Shown: positions 17,857 through 28,708, numbered from the stretch's first letter. The stretch is 64,000 bases of DNA from Coprococcus sp. (GCA_022793995.1 JAAWDY010000011.1:49596-113595), one strand, 5' to 3'. Numbers and translations are program-made. The notes: a model not told the origin generated them from the sequence alone.

Positions 17857-18135
17857 TTGAGCGGGACAAAGAAGATTCCCATGCGTAAATGCGTGGGGTG
17901 TCAGGAAATGAAAAATAAAAAAGAAATGCTGCGTGTCCTGAAGACTTCGGAAAATGAATTTGTATTGGATGCCACCGGACGGAAAAACGGGCGTGGCGCG
18001 TACCTTTGCTTTTCAGCGGACTGCCTGAAAAAAGCGATCAAGAACAAAGGGCTGGAACGCTCATTCAAACAGGCGATCCCGGAGGAGGTCTATCAAAGTC
18101 TGGAAAAGGAGTTGGGAACACTTGAAAACGGATAA
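17857..18135 (+). CDS. ylxR: YlxR/RnpM-family (DUF448) RNA-binding protein
   Basis: RKCVGCQEMKNKKEMLRV and GRGAYLC motifs. TTG start 7 nt after AGGAG. Conserved position after nusA. Confidence 0.85.
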   Translation: MSGTKKIPMRKCVGCQEMKNKKEMLRVLKTSENEFVLDATGRKNGRGAYLCFSADCLKKAIKNKGLERSFKQAIPEEVYQSLEKELGTLENG

Positions 18136-18445
18136 AATTTTGTCTCTTTTGAGCCTTGCGGTCAAAGCAGGGAAAATAAAGAGCGGGGAATTCCAGACAG
18201 AAAAAGAAATCAAGGATGGAAAAGCGCATCTTGTAATAGTAGCTTTAGATGCATCGGCTAATACAAAAAAGAAGTTTCAGAATATGTGTGATTTCTATGA
18301 GGTGCCAATTTATTTTTATGGAGATAAAGATACCTTGGGTCATGCAATGGGGAAAGAATCCCGCGCATCTCTTGCAGTAGTGGACGTAGGATTTGCCGAG
18401 GGAATGAGAAAACATTTGAACACTGAAGAAAACGCGATTGCATAA
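18122..18445 (+). CDS. ylxQ: L7Ae/L30e-family ribosomal-like protein (YlxQ)
   Basis: [16 protein letters not shown] motif, ~100 aa, position between ylxR and infB. Confidence 0.8.
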   Translation: MKTDKILSLLSLAVKAGKIKSGEFQTEKEIKDGKAHLVIVALDASANTKKKFQNMCDFYEVPIYFYGDKDTLGHAMGKESRASLAVVDVGFAEGMRKHLNTEENAIA

Positions 18446-18458
18446 GGGAGGTAGTAAG

Positions 18459-21400
18459 ATGTCTAAATTAAGAGTATACGAGCTGGCGAAAGAGCTGGAA
18501 AAGACGAGCAAAGAGGTACTTTCTATGCTGAAAGATAAAGGGATAGAAGTCGCGAGTCATTCCAGTACACTTTCGGAAGAACAGATAGAGGTTGTAAAGA
18601 AAGCGGTGTCGCCGAAGAAAGAGGCTCCCGTCGGGGAGGAACCGGACAAGGCGGAGAAGAAGAATCCTGTAAAGGAAGAAGCCGGGACGGAAAAAGCGGT
18701 GGAGGCGCCCAAAAAGAAAAAGATCGTACAGGTATTCCGCCCTCAGAATGGGGCACGTCAGGGCCGAGGCCAGGCGCAGCGAGGCGGAGCACGCCCACAG
18801 GGCCAGGCAGGGCGTACCGAGATGCCGGCAATGCGTCCCAAAGGTCAGGGAAGCAGCCAGATGAATCGTTCTGACATGCCGGCGATGCGCGCCCAAGGTC
18901 AGGGCAAGGGAAATCCTACCCAGATGGGAAGCCGCCCGCAGGGCCAAGGACAGGGAAGTAATGCTCAGGCAGGAAGCCGTCCCCAGGGTCAAGGACAGGG
19001 AAGTAATGCTCAGGCAGGAAGCCGCCCGCAGGGTCAGGGAAGCAATATGCAAACAGGAAGCCGTCCGCAGGGTCAGGGAAGTAATATGCAAACAGGAAGC
19101 CGCCCGCAGGGTCAGGGAAGCAATATGCAGGCAGGAAGCCGTCTGCAAGGCCAGAGCCAGGGGGGAAGCAGTCATCTAGGAAGCCGTCCCCAGGGCCAAG
19201 GACAGGGCCAGGGAGGAGCACGCCCACAAGGGCAAGGCGGCCGCCCGCAGGGTCAGGGGCAGAGCAGTGCCACAGGCGGTTCTTACAGAGACCGCAGAAA
19301 TGAAGGAGCACGCGGAACAGGCGAGCAGCGTCAGAGCCGCCCTTCAGATGGGAGAAGAGACGGGTTCCAGAACCGTTCAAGGGACGATAGAAAAGATTCC
19401 CGGGGATTCCGTGACTCAAGGGACGGGCGTGATTTCCGCGATTCGAGAGATTCCAGAGACGCCAGAGATTCGAGGGATTCAAGAGATTCAAGAGATTCCA
19501 GGGATACCAGAGACTCACGGGATAGACGCCGGGACGATAGAAGAAAGCCGTCGGTTTCTGTTCCGGCTCCGACGATCACGGAACAGAAACCCAGCCGTTC
19601 CAAAACAAAGGACGCTTATAAGAAAAAAGATTATAAAAATAAGGAAAGCGACGACAGGCTGCCAAAGGGAAAGAAAGGGAAAAACACCAATACCCAGCCG
19701 AAAATGGTGAAGCCTCAGCATAAGAAAGAAGAAGCAGAAGAGCAGATCAAGCAGATCACTCTTCCGGAAAAACTTACCATACAGGAATTGGCCGATAAGA
19801 TGAAGATCCAGCCTTCTGTGATCGTAAAGAAGCTGTTTCTTCAGGGCAAGATCGTAACGGTCAACCAGGAAGTGGATTTTGAGACGGCCGAAGAGATCGC
19901 AATGGAGTTCGATGTTCTCTGCGAGAAGGAAGAAGTGGTGGACGTTATAGAAGAACTCTTGAAAGAAGAAGACGAGGACGAGAAAAAGATGAAGAAACGT
20001 CCTCCGGTCGTCTGTGTTATGGGGCATGTCGATCACGGAAAGACATCCCTGCTCGACGCAGTCCGGGATACGCATGTGATCGAAGGCGAGGCTGGTGGGA
20101 TTACCCAGCATATCGGAGCTTCTGTTGTTGAGGTGAACGGAGAGAGCATCACGTTCCTGGATACTCCGGGACATGAAGCGTTCACGGCAATGCGTATGCG
20201 CGGGGCGAATTCCACCGATATCGCGATTCTTGTGGTCGCGGCGGACGACGGTGTGATGCCGCAGACGATCGAAGCCATCAATCACGCTAAGGCGGCAGGA
20301 ATCGAGATCGTGGTGGCGATCAATAAGATTGATAAGCCAAGTGCGAACATTGAACGTGTCAAACAAGAGCTGACAGAATATGAGCTGATTCCCGAGGATT
20401 GGGGTGGAAGCACCGTCTTTGTCCCGGTTTCTGCTCACACACGGGAAGGAATTCCGGAATTGATGGAAATGCTTCTTCTGACAGCCGAGGTTATGGAATT
20501 AAAGGCAAACCCGAATCGGCGCGCGAGAGGACTTGTGATCGAGGCTGAGCTGGACAAAGGAAAAGGTCCGGTAGCGACAGTTCTTGTCCAGAAAGGCACG
20601 CTTCGGGTCGGCGATCCGGTAGCGGCAGGCTCCGCTTATGGAAAAGTCCGCGCCATGATGGACGACAAAGGACGGAGGGTAAAGGAAGCAGGACCGTCCA
20701 CTCCGGTGGAGATCCTGGGCCTTAATGATGTTCCCAATGCAGGGGAAGTCCTTGTGGGCTGCGGAAATGATAAAGAAGCGAGAAGTTTTGCAGAGACGTT
20801 TATCAGCCAGGGAAGAATGAAGATGTTGGATGAAACGAAACAGAAGATGTCCCTGGATGATCTGTTCAGCCAGATTAAGGAAGGCAACTTAAAAGAACTG
20901 AATATCGTAGTGAAGGCAGACGTACAAGGATCTGTGGAAGCAATCCGCCAGAGCCTAGTTAAACTTTCTAATGATGAGGTTGTGGTAAAGATCATCCACG
21001 GAGGCGTAGGTGCGGTCAATGAGTCCGACGTCATGCTTGCGGCAGCTTCAAACGCGATCATTATCGGATTCAACGTGCGTCCGGATGCATCCGCTAAAGA
21101 GACGGCGGAGCGCGAAGGCGTGGACGTCCGGCTGTACCGTGTCATTTACAATGCGATCGAAGATGTGGAAGCGGCAATGAAAGGAATGCTGGAACCGGTA
21201 TTTGAGGAGAAGATTCTCGGTCATGCGGAGGTGCGTCAGACATTCCGGGCTTCCGGAGTGGGAACGATCGCTGGTTCTTATGTGCTTGACGGTACGTTTG
21301 AGAGAGACTGTTCCGTGCGCATTACCCGTGACGGCATTGTGATCTATGACGGAAAATTGGCTTCACTTAGAAGATTTAAGGATGATGTAAAAGAAGTCAG

Positions 21401-21497
21401 GGCAGGATATGAGTGTGGCTTTGTATTTGAACGCTTCAATGATATCAAAGAAGGTGACGAAGTAGAGGCGTTCAAGATGGTAGAGATACCACGATAG
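18459..21497 (+). CDS. infB: Translation initiation factor IF-2 with a long low-complexity N-terminal region
   Basis: [14 protein letters not shown]-terminus. GTPase motifs [27 protein letters not shown]-terminal domains intact. Confidence 0.97.
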   Translation: MSKLRVYELAKELEKTSKEVLSMLKDKGIEVASHSSTLSEEQIEVVKKAVSPKKEAPVGEEPDKAEKKNPVKEEAGTEKAVEAPKKKKIVQVFRPQNGARQGRGQAQRGGARPQGQAGRTEMPAMRPKGQGSSQMNRSDMPAMRAQGQGKGNPTQMGSRPQGQGQGSNAQAGSRPQGQGQGSNAQAGSRPQGQGSNMQTGSRPQGQGSNMQTGSRPQGQGSNMQAGSRLQGQSQGGSSHLGSRPQGQGQGQGGARPQGQGGRPQGQGQSSATGGSYRDRRNEGARGTGEQRQSRPSDGRRDGFQNRSRDDRKDSRGFRDSRDGRDFRDSRDSRDARDSRDSRDSRDSRDTRDSRDRRRDDRRKPSVSVPAPTITEQKPSRSKTKDAYKKKDYKNKESDDRLPKGKKGKNTNTQPKMVKPQHKKEEAEEQIKQITLPEKLTIQELADKMKIQPSVIVKKLFLQGKIVTVNQEVDFETAEEIAMEFDVLCEKEEVVDVIEELLKEEDEDEKKMKKRPPVVCVMGHVDHGKTSLLDAVRDTHVIEGEAGGITQHIGASVVEVNGESITFLDTPGHEAFTAMRMRGANSTDIAILVVAADDGVMPQTIEAINHAKAAGIEIVVAINKIDKPSANIERVKQELTEYELIPEDWGGSTVFVPVSAHTREGIPELMEMLLLTAEVMELKANPNRRARGLVIEAELDKGKGPVATVLVQKGTLRVGDPVAAGSAYGKVRAMMDDKGRRVKEAGPSTPVEILGLNDVPNAGEVLVGCGNDKEARSFAETFISQGRMKMLDETKQKMSLDDLFSQIKEGNLKELNIVVKADVQGSVEAIRQSLVKLSNDEVVVKIIHGGVGAVNESDVMLAAASNAIIIGFNVRPDASAKETAEREGVDVRLYRVIYNAIEDVEAAMKGMLEPVFEEKILGHAEVRQTFRASGVGTIAGSYVLDGTFERDCSVRITRDGIVIYDGKLASLRRFKDDVKEVRAGYECGFVFERFNDIKEGDEVEAFKMVEIPR
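18927..19215 (+). repeat. In-frame tandem repeats (45- and 39-nt units) encoding GSRPQGQG(QG)SN(A/M)Q(A/T) inside infB
   Basis: Seven consecutive units begin with ggaagccgYcYSca. The first two are 45 nt, the next three 39 nt, and the last two degenerate. Confidence 0.9.
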
Positions 21498-21542
21498 CTT
21501 TAAGCACGCGAAGATCAGAACAGGAAGGCATAAAAGAAAGAA

Positions 21543-21914
21543 ATGAGAAAAAACAGTATTAAAAATACGAGAGTAAATACAGAGGTGCAGCGCGAGCTGA
21601 GCAGTCTCATCCGCGGCGGGATCAAAGACCCGCGCATCGCGCCCATGACCTCTGTTGTAGCGGTGGAGGTCGCTCCGGATCTAAAGACCTGCAAAGCATA
21701 TATCAGCGTTCTGGGCGATGCAAAAGCCCAGGCTGATACGCTGAAAGGACTTGAGAGCGCAGAAGGCTATATCAGAAGGGAGCTTGCGCATTCATTGAAT
21801 ATGCGCAATACTCCTGAGATCCGCTTTATTTTGGATCAATCGATCGAGTATGGCGTGCGTATGTCCCAAAAAATAGATAATGTGACCAAGGATTTGAAAA
21901 AAGAGGATGATTGA
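21543..21914 (+). CDS. rbfA: Ribosome-binding factor A
   Basis: RVNTEVQRELSSLI...DPR...VTSVEVAPDLKTCKAYISV pattern. Position after infB. Confidence 0.9.
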   Translation: MRKNSIKNTRVNTEVQRELSSLIRGGIKDPRIAPMTSVVAVEVAPDLKTCKAYISVLGDAKAQADTLKGLESAEGYIRRELAHSLNMRNTPEIRFILDQSIEYGVRMSQKIDNVTKDLKKEDD

Positions 21915-22878
21915 CATGTTGATCGAAGCAATTCTTAGAGCCGAGACGATCGCCGTCGGAGGGCATGTACGCCCGGACGGTGATTGTGTGGGTTCCTGTA
22001 TGGCAGTATACCAATACGTCAGAGAAAATTTCCCCAAAAAGGAGATCACGGTATATCTGGAGGAAATTCCCCGAACACTTTTCTTTATGAAAGGGACTGA
22101 GGAAATACAACGCGAGATTCCAGAAGGGAAGGTCTATGACCTGTTTGTACTTTTAGACTGTGGTGATTCCGACAGGCTTGGGTTTTCCGCTCCTCTGTAT
22201 GAGAAAGCCAAGAAAACGTTCTGTGTGGACCATCATGTCAGCAACCGGTTGTTCGCAGGCGAGAATTATGTTAAGCCGGATGCAAGCTCCACTTCGGAAC
22301 TGGTGTTCGAGCTTTTGGACCAAGATAAGATCTCAGCGGCTGTTGCAGAGTGCCTGTATACGGGAATCGTGCATGATACAGGGGTGTTTCGCTATTCGTG
22401 CACCCATCCGTCTACGATGAGGGTGGCCGCAAAGCTTATGGAAAAAGGAATTGATTTTACAAAGATTATAACAGAAACGTTCGATGAAAAAACGTATGCG
22501 CAGAACCAGGTACTTGGACGCGCGCTTCTGGAAAGCTTTCTGTTTTTTGATGGGAAATGTATTGTGTCTTGGATTACGAAAAAAGTGATGGACTTCTACC
22601 AGGTGAAGCCCAAACATATGGACGGAATCGCAAGCCAGCTTCGGCTGACGAAAGGCGTCGAGGTGGCGATCTTCATGTATGAACTGGAACCAGGTACATA
22701 TAAGGTCAGCCTGCGTTCGTCGGAGGCAGTGGATGTAAGCGAAGTTGCCAGATATTTTGGCGGCGGCGGCCATATGCGGGCGTCCGGACTGACAATGAAA
22801 GGATCACCTTATGATGTGATCAATAATATCTCCCGAAGGATTGAGATGCAGCTTTGCAGCGGGAGTGAAGAAGAATGA
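21907..22878 (+). CDS. nrnA: DHH/DHHA1 phosphoesterase (NrnA-type oligoribonuclease / pAp phosphatase)
   Basis: GGHVRPDGDCVGS (DHH motifs I-II), DHH at VDHHVSN, GGGGH in DHHA1. Overlaps the rbfA end by 8 nt. Confidence 0.8.
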   Translation: MIDMLIEAILRAETIAVGGHVRPDGDCVGSCMAVYQYVRENFPKKEITVYLEEIPRTLFFMKGTEEIQREIPEGKVYDLFVLLDCGDSDRLGFSAPLYEKAKKTFCVDHHVSNRLFAGENYVKPDASSTSELVFELLDQDKISAAVAECLYTGIVHDTGVFRYSCTHPSTMRVAAKLMEKGIDFTKIITETFDEKTYAQNQVLGRALLESFLFFDGKCIVSWITKKVMDFYQVKPKHMDGIASQLRLTKGVEVAIFMYELEPGTYKVSLRSSEAVDVSEVARYFGGGGHMRASGLTMKGSPYDVINNISRRIEMQLCSGSEEE

Positions 22879-23798
22879 TACACGGCGTGTTGAATATTTA
22901 CAAGGAAAAGGGTTATACTTCCCATGACGTGGTGGCAAAGCTCAGACGGATCACTGGACAGAAGAAGATCGGCCACACCGGTACGCTGGATCCGGACGCC
23001 GAGGGCGTGCTCCCGGTATGTCTGGGCAGGGCGACGAAACTTTGCGATATGCTGACGGATAAGGATAAGACGTATGAGGCGGTTCTCCTTCTGGGAAGGG
23101 AGACGGATACGCAGGATATCTCGGGGGAGATCCTGAAAGAACAAAGTACGGACCATCTGACAGACGGCTTGATCCGCCGGGTGATTTTAAGTTTTGAGGG
23201 AGAACAAGAACAAATCCCTCCCATGTTTTCCGCACTGAAAGTAGGCGGAAAACGGCTCTACGAGCTTGCCAGGGAAGGGAAGGTTGTGGAGAGAAAGCCA
23301 AGAAAAGTCACGATTCATTCGATCCGTATCCTGGAGATGGAACTTCCGCGGGTGCGTATGGAGGTCGCTTGTTCCAAAGGTACATATATTCGTACGCTCT
23401 GCCATGATATTGGAGGGAAACTCGGATGCGGGGGATGTATGGAAACATTACTGCGCACACGGGTGGAACGTTTCCTGCATAAGGATGCCCTCCGCTTGTG
23501 CGAGGTAGAAATCCTGATGCAGGAAGGAAAGCTTGGCGAAAGGGTTACTCCCATCGACGCGATGTTTCCTCGATATAAGAAAGTATACTTGGAGTCCCAT
23601 GCGGCATGGGCAGTGCGCAACGGAAACCGATTTTCTCAGGCGGAACTGACCCGCATCGAAAATTTTCAGGATGGGGAACATGTTCTCGTCTACGACAAGG
23701 AGCAAAACTTTATCGCTGTGTATGAATTTCTTGCAGACGAGAAAGAGTTTCAGATTGTGCGTATGTTCTTTGACAGAGCAGACCAAGAATCGCGGTAG
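22875..23798 (+). CDS. truB: tRNA pseudouridine(55) synthase TruB
   Basis: GVLNIYKEKGYTSHDVV...GHTGTLDPDAEGVLPVCLG catalytic-Asp motif. ATGA overlap with nrnA. Confidence 0.93.
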   Translation: MIHGVLNIYKEKGYTSHDVVAKLRRITGQKKIGHTGTLDPDAEGVLPVCLGRATKLCDMLTDKDKTYEAVLLLGRETDTQDISGEILKEQSTDHLTDGLIRRVILSFEGEQEQIPPMFSALKVGGKRLYELAREGKVVERKPRKVTIHSIRILEMELPRVRMEVACSKGTYIRTLCHDIGGKLGCGGCMETLLRTRVERFLHKDALRLCEVEILMQEGKLGERVTPIDAMFPRYKKVYLESHAAWAVRNGNRFSQAELTRIENFQDGEHVLVYDKEQNFIAVYEFLADEKEFQIVRMFFDRADQESR

Positions 23799-23821
23799 AG
23801 GAGGACGATAAGGAGGAAGAG

Positions 23822-24751
23822 ATGGAATACGTTAAAGGACTGGAAGCGTACAGGGATCTTGGAAGGACGGCGGTCACCCTTGGCAAATTCGACGGGCTTC
23901 ACAGGGGGCACCAGAAGCTGATTCATAAGGTAAGTTCCCTGAAAGAGCAGTATGGGGTGAATACAGTCGTATTCGCGTTTGACATGATTCCGCTATATGA
24001 AAGGCTTGGACTTCCGCGGGATGGAATCATGTCGAATGAGGAACGTCGTCGTCTGCTGGACGGTCAGGTAGACGTCCTTCTGGAATGTCCCTTTACGGAA
24101 GAAATCTGCCATACAGAGGCAGAAGCGTTTATCGAACAGGTCATAGCGGGAATTTTCCATGCCAAATACGTGGTAATCGGTACAGATTTCCGTTTTGGAT
24201 ACGAGCACCGTGGAAACGCTCGGATGCTGGCCGAGTTCGCCGGACGCTGCGGCTATGAACTTTTTGTGGAGGAAAAAGAGAATTATGGACAGCGGGAGAT
24301 CAGCAGTACGTATGTCAAGGAAGAGCTGAAACGGGGCAATATGGAGGCTGTCAACGATATGCTCGGGTACAGCTACACGATCGCTGGCAAGGTGGAATAT
24401 GGGATGCAGTTCAGGAGGACTCTGGGATTTCCCACCATCAATGTCCATCCTGCCAAGGAAAAGCTGCTCCCGCCGAACGGAGTCTATATTACCAGTGTGA
24501 AGATCGACGGGATCTGGTATGACGGGATCGGCAATCTGGGCGTAAAGCCGACGATCACAGAAGGGAAACAGATGCTTATGGAGAGCCATCTGTTTGGTTA
24601 TGACGGCGATGCTTATGGAAAAGACGTGGAGATCCGACTGCACGAATTTCACAGGCCAGAGGAGAAGTTCGCATCTGTGGAGGCAATGATGGAGCAGATT
24701 CGGGCGGATATTGCTTATGGAAAAGAGCGTTTTGTTCACAAAAGAGGATAA
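23822..24751 (+). CDS. ribF: Bifunctional riboflavin kinase / FMN adenylyltransferase
   Basis: GKFDGLHRGHQKLI N-terminal nucleotidyltransferase motif and a C-terminal riboflavin kinase block (GFPTINV, GVY...G). Confidence 0.93.
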   Translation: MEYVKGLEAYRDLGRTAVTLGKFDGLHRGHQKLIHKVSSLKEQYGVNTVVFAFDMIPLYERLGLPRDGIMSNEERRRLLDGQVDVLLECPFTEEICHTEAEAFIEQVIAGIFHAKYVVIGTDFRFGYEHRGNARMLAEFAGRCGYELFVEEKENYGQREISSTYVKEELKRGNMEAVNDMLGYSYTIAGKVEYGMQFRRTLGFPTINVHPAKEKLLPPNGVYITSVKIDGIWYDGIGNLGVKPTITEGKQMLMESHLFGYDGDAYGKDVEIRLHEFHRPEEKFASVEAMMEQIRADIAYGKERFVHKRG

Positions 24752-24765
24752 GGAGACAAACAGCG

Positions 24766-26409
24766 ATGAATCTAAAAACAATTTTCCTGTTGATGGGCGG
24801 ACTCGGTATGTTCCTGTTCGGGATGCAGATCATGAGTGACGGCCTGCAGAAAGCGGCAGGAGCAAAGATGCGTGGGATTCTGGAGTTTTTTACACAGAAT
24901 CGATTTATCGGTATGGTTGTGGGAATCATTTTCACAGCGATCATCCAGTCATCCAACGCGACGACCGTCATGGTGGTGAGTTTTGTGAATTCTGGACTTA
25001 TGAATCTGTACCAGGCCAGTGGCGTGATCCTTGGAGCGAATATCGGAACGACGGTCACTGGGCAGTTGATCGCTTTTAACCTGTCGGACATTGCTCCGCT
25101 GTTCATCATGATCGGCGTGGTGATGAGTATGTTTTTTAAAAGAGACAGCGTGAAACGGATCGGTGTGGTGGTCCTGGGATTCGGTATTTTGTTCATGGGG
25201 CTGAGCACCATGGGGACGGCGCTCACAGCCGTCAAAGAATCTCAGGTGATCCTGGGATTCCTAGCGACTTTGGCGAATCCGTTTCTTGCGCTTTTTGTTG
25301 GATTTGTCATCACGTCTGTTCTGCAGAGTTCCTCCGCGACAGTCGGTATCATCATTTTGATGGCGTCGCAGGATCTTCTGGAATTTGCGATCTGTCCGTT
25401 TTTGATCCTGGGATGTAATATCGGGGCATGTATGTCAGCGATGCTCGCCAGCCTTAGCGGAAATAAGGAAGCAAAACGCGCGGCGTGGATCCATTTCCTT
25501 TTCAATGTGATCGGTACTGCGGTGATCTTTATCCTGCTGATGGCGGCAAGAGGGCCGATCATAGGCGCACTGATGGCGATGTCGGGGAACAGTGCGGCGC
25601 GTGCAGTGGCAAATGCGCATACCTTGATTAAAGTTATAGAAGTGATTATGCTGTTCCCGTTCATGGAATGGATTGTGAAGGCGACATATAAGATCATTCC
25701 GGGAACCGACACGCCTGAGGAAGAAGAATTTGAACTGCTCTATATCGGACGCCGGAACATGCTTACGCCAAGTACAGCGACTGTGGATGCGATTCACGAG
25801 ATCGTACATATGGGCAAGGTAGCCAGTGAGAATATCCGGCTGGGGATGAAGACGTTATGCCATCCGGACGCGGGGGATATAGCCGAGATTCTGCAAAAGG
25901 AACGGTATATCAATTTTATGAACCATCGTATCACGGACTTTCTCGTCCGGGCCAGTTCTATGGAAATGCCGGTCGCCGATGTAGAGATCATCGGTGGACT
26001 GTTCCATGTTGTGAACGATATCGAGCGCATTGGGGATCACGCGGAAAATATGGCGGAAGCGGCTCAGCGTATCTTAGAGGATGGGATCAAATTGAGCGAT
26101 AAAGCGGTGGTCCAGCTTCAGGATATGACAGAGATGGTGCTAAGGATCCTGGATTATTCATTGGATATGTTTTCTAATAAAAATCAGGAGCATATGCAGG
26201 AGGTGCTCGATCTGGAGGATGCGATCGACGCGAGGGAAAAGAAGCTGCAGCGTTCCCATGTAAAACGTCTTACAAAAGGAAAATGCAGTCCAGACGCGGG
26301 AATGATCTTTTCAGATACGGTATCCGGGTTGGAGAGAGTGGCGGATCATGCGACCAACATTGCGTTTGCCATCCTGCAGCCAGAAGGTATGGATGACGAG
26401 GACGACTGA
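24766..26409 (+). CDS. Na+/phosphate cotransporter family protein with a C-terminal PhoU-like domain
   Basis: Duplicated QSSNATT/QSSSATV NaPi-II motifs and a PhoU-like helical C-terminus (ERIGDHAENM, ERVADHATNI). Confidence 0.85.
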   Translation: MNLKTIFLLMGGLGMFLFGMQIMSDGLQKAAGAKMRGILEFFTQNRFIGMVVGIIFTAIIQSSNATTVMVVSFVNSGLMNLYQASGVILGANIGTTVTGQLIAFNLSDIAPLFIMIGVVMSMFFKRDSVKRIGVVVLGFGILFMGLSTMGTALTAVKESQVILGFLATLANPFLALFVGFVITSVLQSSSATVGIIILMASQDLLEFAICPFLILGCNIGACMSAMLASLSGNKEAKRAAWIHFLFNVIGTAVIFILLMAARGPIIGALMAMSGNSAARAVANAHTLIKVIEVIMLFPFMEWIVKATYKIIPGTDTPEEEEFELLYIGRRNMLTPSTATVDAIHEIVHMGKVASENIRLGMKTLCHPDAGDIAEILQKERYINFMNHRITDFLVRASSMEMPVADVEIIGGLFHVVNDIERIGDHAENMAEAAQRILEDGIKLSDKAVVQLQDMTEMVLRILDYSLDMFSNKNQEHMQEVLDLEDAIDAREKKLQRSHVKRLTKGKCSPDAGMIFSDTVSGLERVADHATNIAFAILQPEGMDDEDD

Positions 26410-26435
26410 TGAGTTCGTTTAAAATATAACATACC

Positions 26436-26464
26436 TTGTACCTTACTAAGGGATGCGTTATAAT
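26436..26464 (+). promoter_or_regulatory. Candidate ackA promoter
   Basis: TTGTAC - 17 nt - TATAAT. Confidence 0.55.
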
Positions 26465-26475
26465 AAAAAGAAGAA

Positions 26476-26497
26476 TGTAATTTTTGGAAAAATTACA
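26476..26497. promoter_or_regulatory. Perfect 22-bp palindrome at the predicted ackA transcript 5' end
   Basis: TGTAATTTTT-GG-AAAAATTACA, 12 nt downstream of the -10 element. Confidence 0.5.
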
Positions 26498-26522
26498 AAG
26501 ATATGAAGGGAGAAATACTACT

Positions 26523-27710
26523 ATGAATGTATTAGTCATCAACTGTGGAAGTTCATCATTGAAATTCCAGCTCATCAATTCAGACACGGAGGCAGTACTT
26601 GCAAAAGGACTTTGCGAGAGGATCGGGATTGACGGAAGACTGACATACCAGCCTGCTGACGGGGAAAAGGCTGTGAGCGACAAAGCAATGCCGTCGCATA
26701 CGGAAGCAATCCAGTTCGTCATCGACGCGCTGACCGACAAAGAGACCGGCGTGGTGAAGGAATTAAGCGAGATCGGTGCTGTAGGACACCGCGTAGTCCA
26801 TGGAGGAGAGAAGTTCTCTCAGTCTGTTGTTGTGACTCCGGAAGTGAAAAAGGCGATCGAAGAGTGCAACGACCTTGCACCGCTCCATAACCCGGCGAAT
26901 CTGATCGGTATCGATGCATGCGAGTCTCTGATGCCGGGTACTCCGATGGTCGCTGTGTTCGACACTGCGTTCCACCAGACAATGCCGGAGAAGGCTTATA
27001 CATACGGGCTTCCGTATGAATACTATGAGAAATACAAAGTAAGACGTTACGGATTCCATGGGACAAGCCACAGCTTTGTATCCAAGAGGACTGCTGAGTT
27101 CCTTGGAAAACCTTATGACGCAACGAAGACGATCGTGTGCCATCTTGGAAACGGATCTTCCATTTCAGCAGTATTGAACGGAAAATCTGTAGATACTTCC
27201 ATGGGACTTACCCCTCTGGAAGGTCTGGTGATGGGAACCCGTTCCGGCGACATGGATCCGGCGATCATGGAATTTATCGCAAAGAAAGAAAATTTGGACA
27301 TCGCAGGAGTCATGAATGTCCTGAATAAGAAGTCTGGCGTAGAAGGAATTTCCGGCGTATCCAGTGATTTCCGCGATCTGGCGAGCGCTGCGGGTGAAGG
27401 AAACAAACGAGCAGAACTTGCTCTTGAAGTATTTGCATACAGAGTAGCAAAATATGTCGGAAGTTATGTAGCAGCAATGAACGGCGTTGATAATATCGCA
27501 TTTACGGCAGGTATCGGTGAGAACGACTGCGGCATGAGGACAAAAATCTGCAGTTATCTGGGATATCTGGGAATCGCGATTGATGAAGAGGCGAATGGAA
27601 AGCGCGGCGAAGAGATCGTGATCTCCACACCGGATTCCAAGGTCACGGTTCTTGTAATTCCGACGAATGAAGAACTTGCCATCGCAAGGGAGACGGTCGC
27701 GTTAGTGTAA
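26523..27710 (+). CDS. ackA: Acetate kinase
   Basis: [18 protein letters not shown]-terminus, GHRVVHGG, and the TAGIGEN motif. Confidence 0.96.
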   Translation: MNVLVINCGSSSLKFQLINSDTEAVLAKGLCERIGIDGRLTYQPADGEKAVSDKAMPSHTEAIQFVIDALTDKETGVVKELSEIGAVGHRVVHGGEKFSQSVVVTPEVKKAIEECNDLAPLHNPANLIGIDACESLMPGTPMVAVFDTAFHQTMPEKAYTYGLPYEYYEKYKVRRYGFHGTSHSFVSKRTAEFLGKPYDATKTIVCHLGNGSSISAVLNGKSVDTSMGLTPLEGLVMGTRSGDMDPAIMEFIAKKENLDIAGVMNVLNKKSGVEGISGVSSDFRDLASAAGEGNKRAELALEVFAYRVAKYVGSYVAAMNGVDNIAFTAGIGENDCGMRTKICSYLGYLGIAIDEEANGKRGEEIVISTPDSKVTVLVIPTNEELAIARETVALV

Positions 27711-27800
27711 GATTCTGGCCGGATGGAAGGGTTACCGAAGATGTGATTTGCGGCAGCCTACCGTACAAAATTCGCAAAACCGCACAGTTGAAAAATTTTG

Positions 27801-27828
27801 TTGACAAACCTGTTTTACATGATATAAT
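27801..27828 (+). promoter_or_regulatory. Near-consensus promoter for yceD-rpmF
   Basis: TTGACA - 16 nt - TATAAT with TG at the extended -10 position (aTGaTATAAT). Confidence 0.7.
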
Positions 27829-27856
27829 AGTCTAGGTATGAATAGGAGTATCGAAT

Positions 27857-28384
27857 ATGGTAATGAACCTATCCGAAGTCTTATCTGAACCGCACACAAC
27901 GATTGAAGAGGACGTCGTCTCAGAGAAGAAGACAGTGTGTGTCGGCGGGAGAGTATTTCCGGTAGAAAGTATAAGCCCGGTACATCTTTTGATCGAGTAT
28001 GCTGGGGAAAAGAAGCTTTTGATTACCGGGAAGGCGGACGTTACGGTGGTGATCCCTTGTGACCGCTGTCTGGCCGACGTACCGACGAAGCTTTCGCTTT
28101 TCTTTGAGAAAAAGGTGAACACGGATATAGTAAGTGCGGCAGAGGATGACGATTCCGACGAAGCAAATTATATTGACGGATATCATCTTGATGTGGAGCA
28201 GCTGCTTGACAACGAGATTTTAATAGGGTGGCCGATGAAAGTTCTATGCAGCGAAGACTGCAAGGGAATTTGCAGCGTATGTGGCCAGAACCTGAACGAA
28301 GGCTCATGTAACTGCGAAGATACGGGTCTGGATCCGAGAATGTCAGTTATCCGTGATGTGTTTAAGAATTTTAAGGAGGTGTAA
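27857..28384 (+). CDS. yceD: YceD/DUF177-family protein (large-subunit rRNA accumulation protein)
   Basis: C-terminal CSEDCKGICSVCGQNLNEGSCNC Cys cluster and the conserved position just upstream of rpmF. Confidence 0.8.
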   Translation: MVMNLSEVLSEPHTTIEEDVVSEKKTVCVGGRVFPVESISPVHLLIEYAGEKKLLITGKADVTVVIPCDRCLADVPTKLSLFFEKKVNTDIVSAAEDDDSDEANYIDGYHLDVEQLLDNEILIGWPMKVLCSEDCKGICSVCGQNLNEGSCNCEDTGLDPRMSVIRDVFKNFKEV

Positions 28385-28387
28385 CCT

Positions 28388-28567
28388 ATGTCGATCTGTC
28401 CAAAGAATAAATCTTCAAAAGCAAGAAGAGACAAGAGAAGAGCGAACTGGAAGATGAGCGCGCCGAACCTGGTGAAGTGCAGCAAGTGCGGGGCGTTGAT
28501 GGTGCCGCATCGGGTGTGCAAGGCCTGCGGTTCCTACAACAAAAAAGAAATCATTCCACAGGACTAA
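28388..28567 (+). CDS. rpmF: 50S ribosomal protein L32 (59 aa, below the ORF-track cutoff)
   Basis: Hand translation: MSICPKNKSSKARRDKRRANWKMSAPNLVKCSKCGALMVPHRVCKACGSYNKKEIIPQD*. It has the L32 N-terminal basic motif and a CxxC...CxxC ribbon. Confidence 0.9.
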   Translation: MSICPKNKSSKARRDKRRANWKMSAPNLVKCSKCGALMVPHRVCKACGSYNKKEIIPQD

Positions 28568-28578
28568 TTAAGAAAGAG

Positions 28579-28608
28579 GGGTTCCCGGGCAAGCGGGGAT
28601 CCTTTTTT
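28579..28608 (+). terminator. rpmF rho-independent terminator
   Basis: GGGTTCCCG-ggcaag-CGGGGATCC (9 bp including 2 G-U pairs) followed by TTTTTT. Confidence 0.65.
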
Positions 28609-28652
28609 CATCCTTAGGGAACTTCGTCCCCTATAGGATGAAAACCCTCCGG
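28605..28652 (+). repeat. Extended hairpin element E1 (homologous to E2 at 30125-30173)
   Basis: TTTTCATCCT-TAGGGAAC-ttc-GTCCCCTATAGGATGAAAA followed by CCCTCCGG. Confidence 0.75.
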
Positions 28653-28708
28653 CAGGAGCGTACTCGCGCGGAGAAGTAGTATGCCGCAAGCGGCCGCGCT
28701 CGGCGCGA

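Noticed and set aside
26476-26497. CcpA cre site upstream of ackA.
   Set aside because: Only the outer TGTAA/TTACA match. The element is 22 bp rather than 14 and lacks the central CG of the cre consensus.
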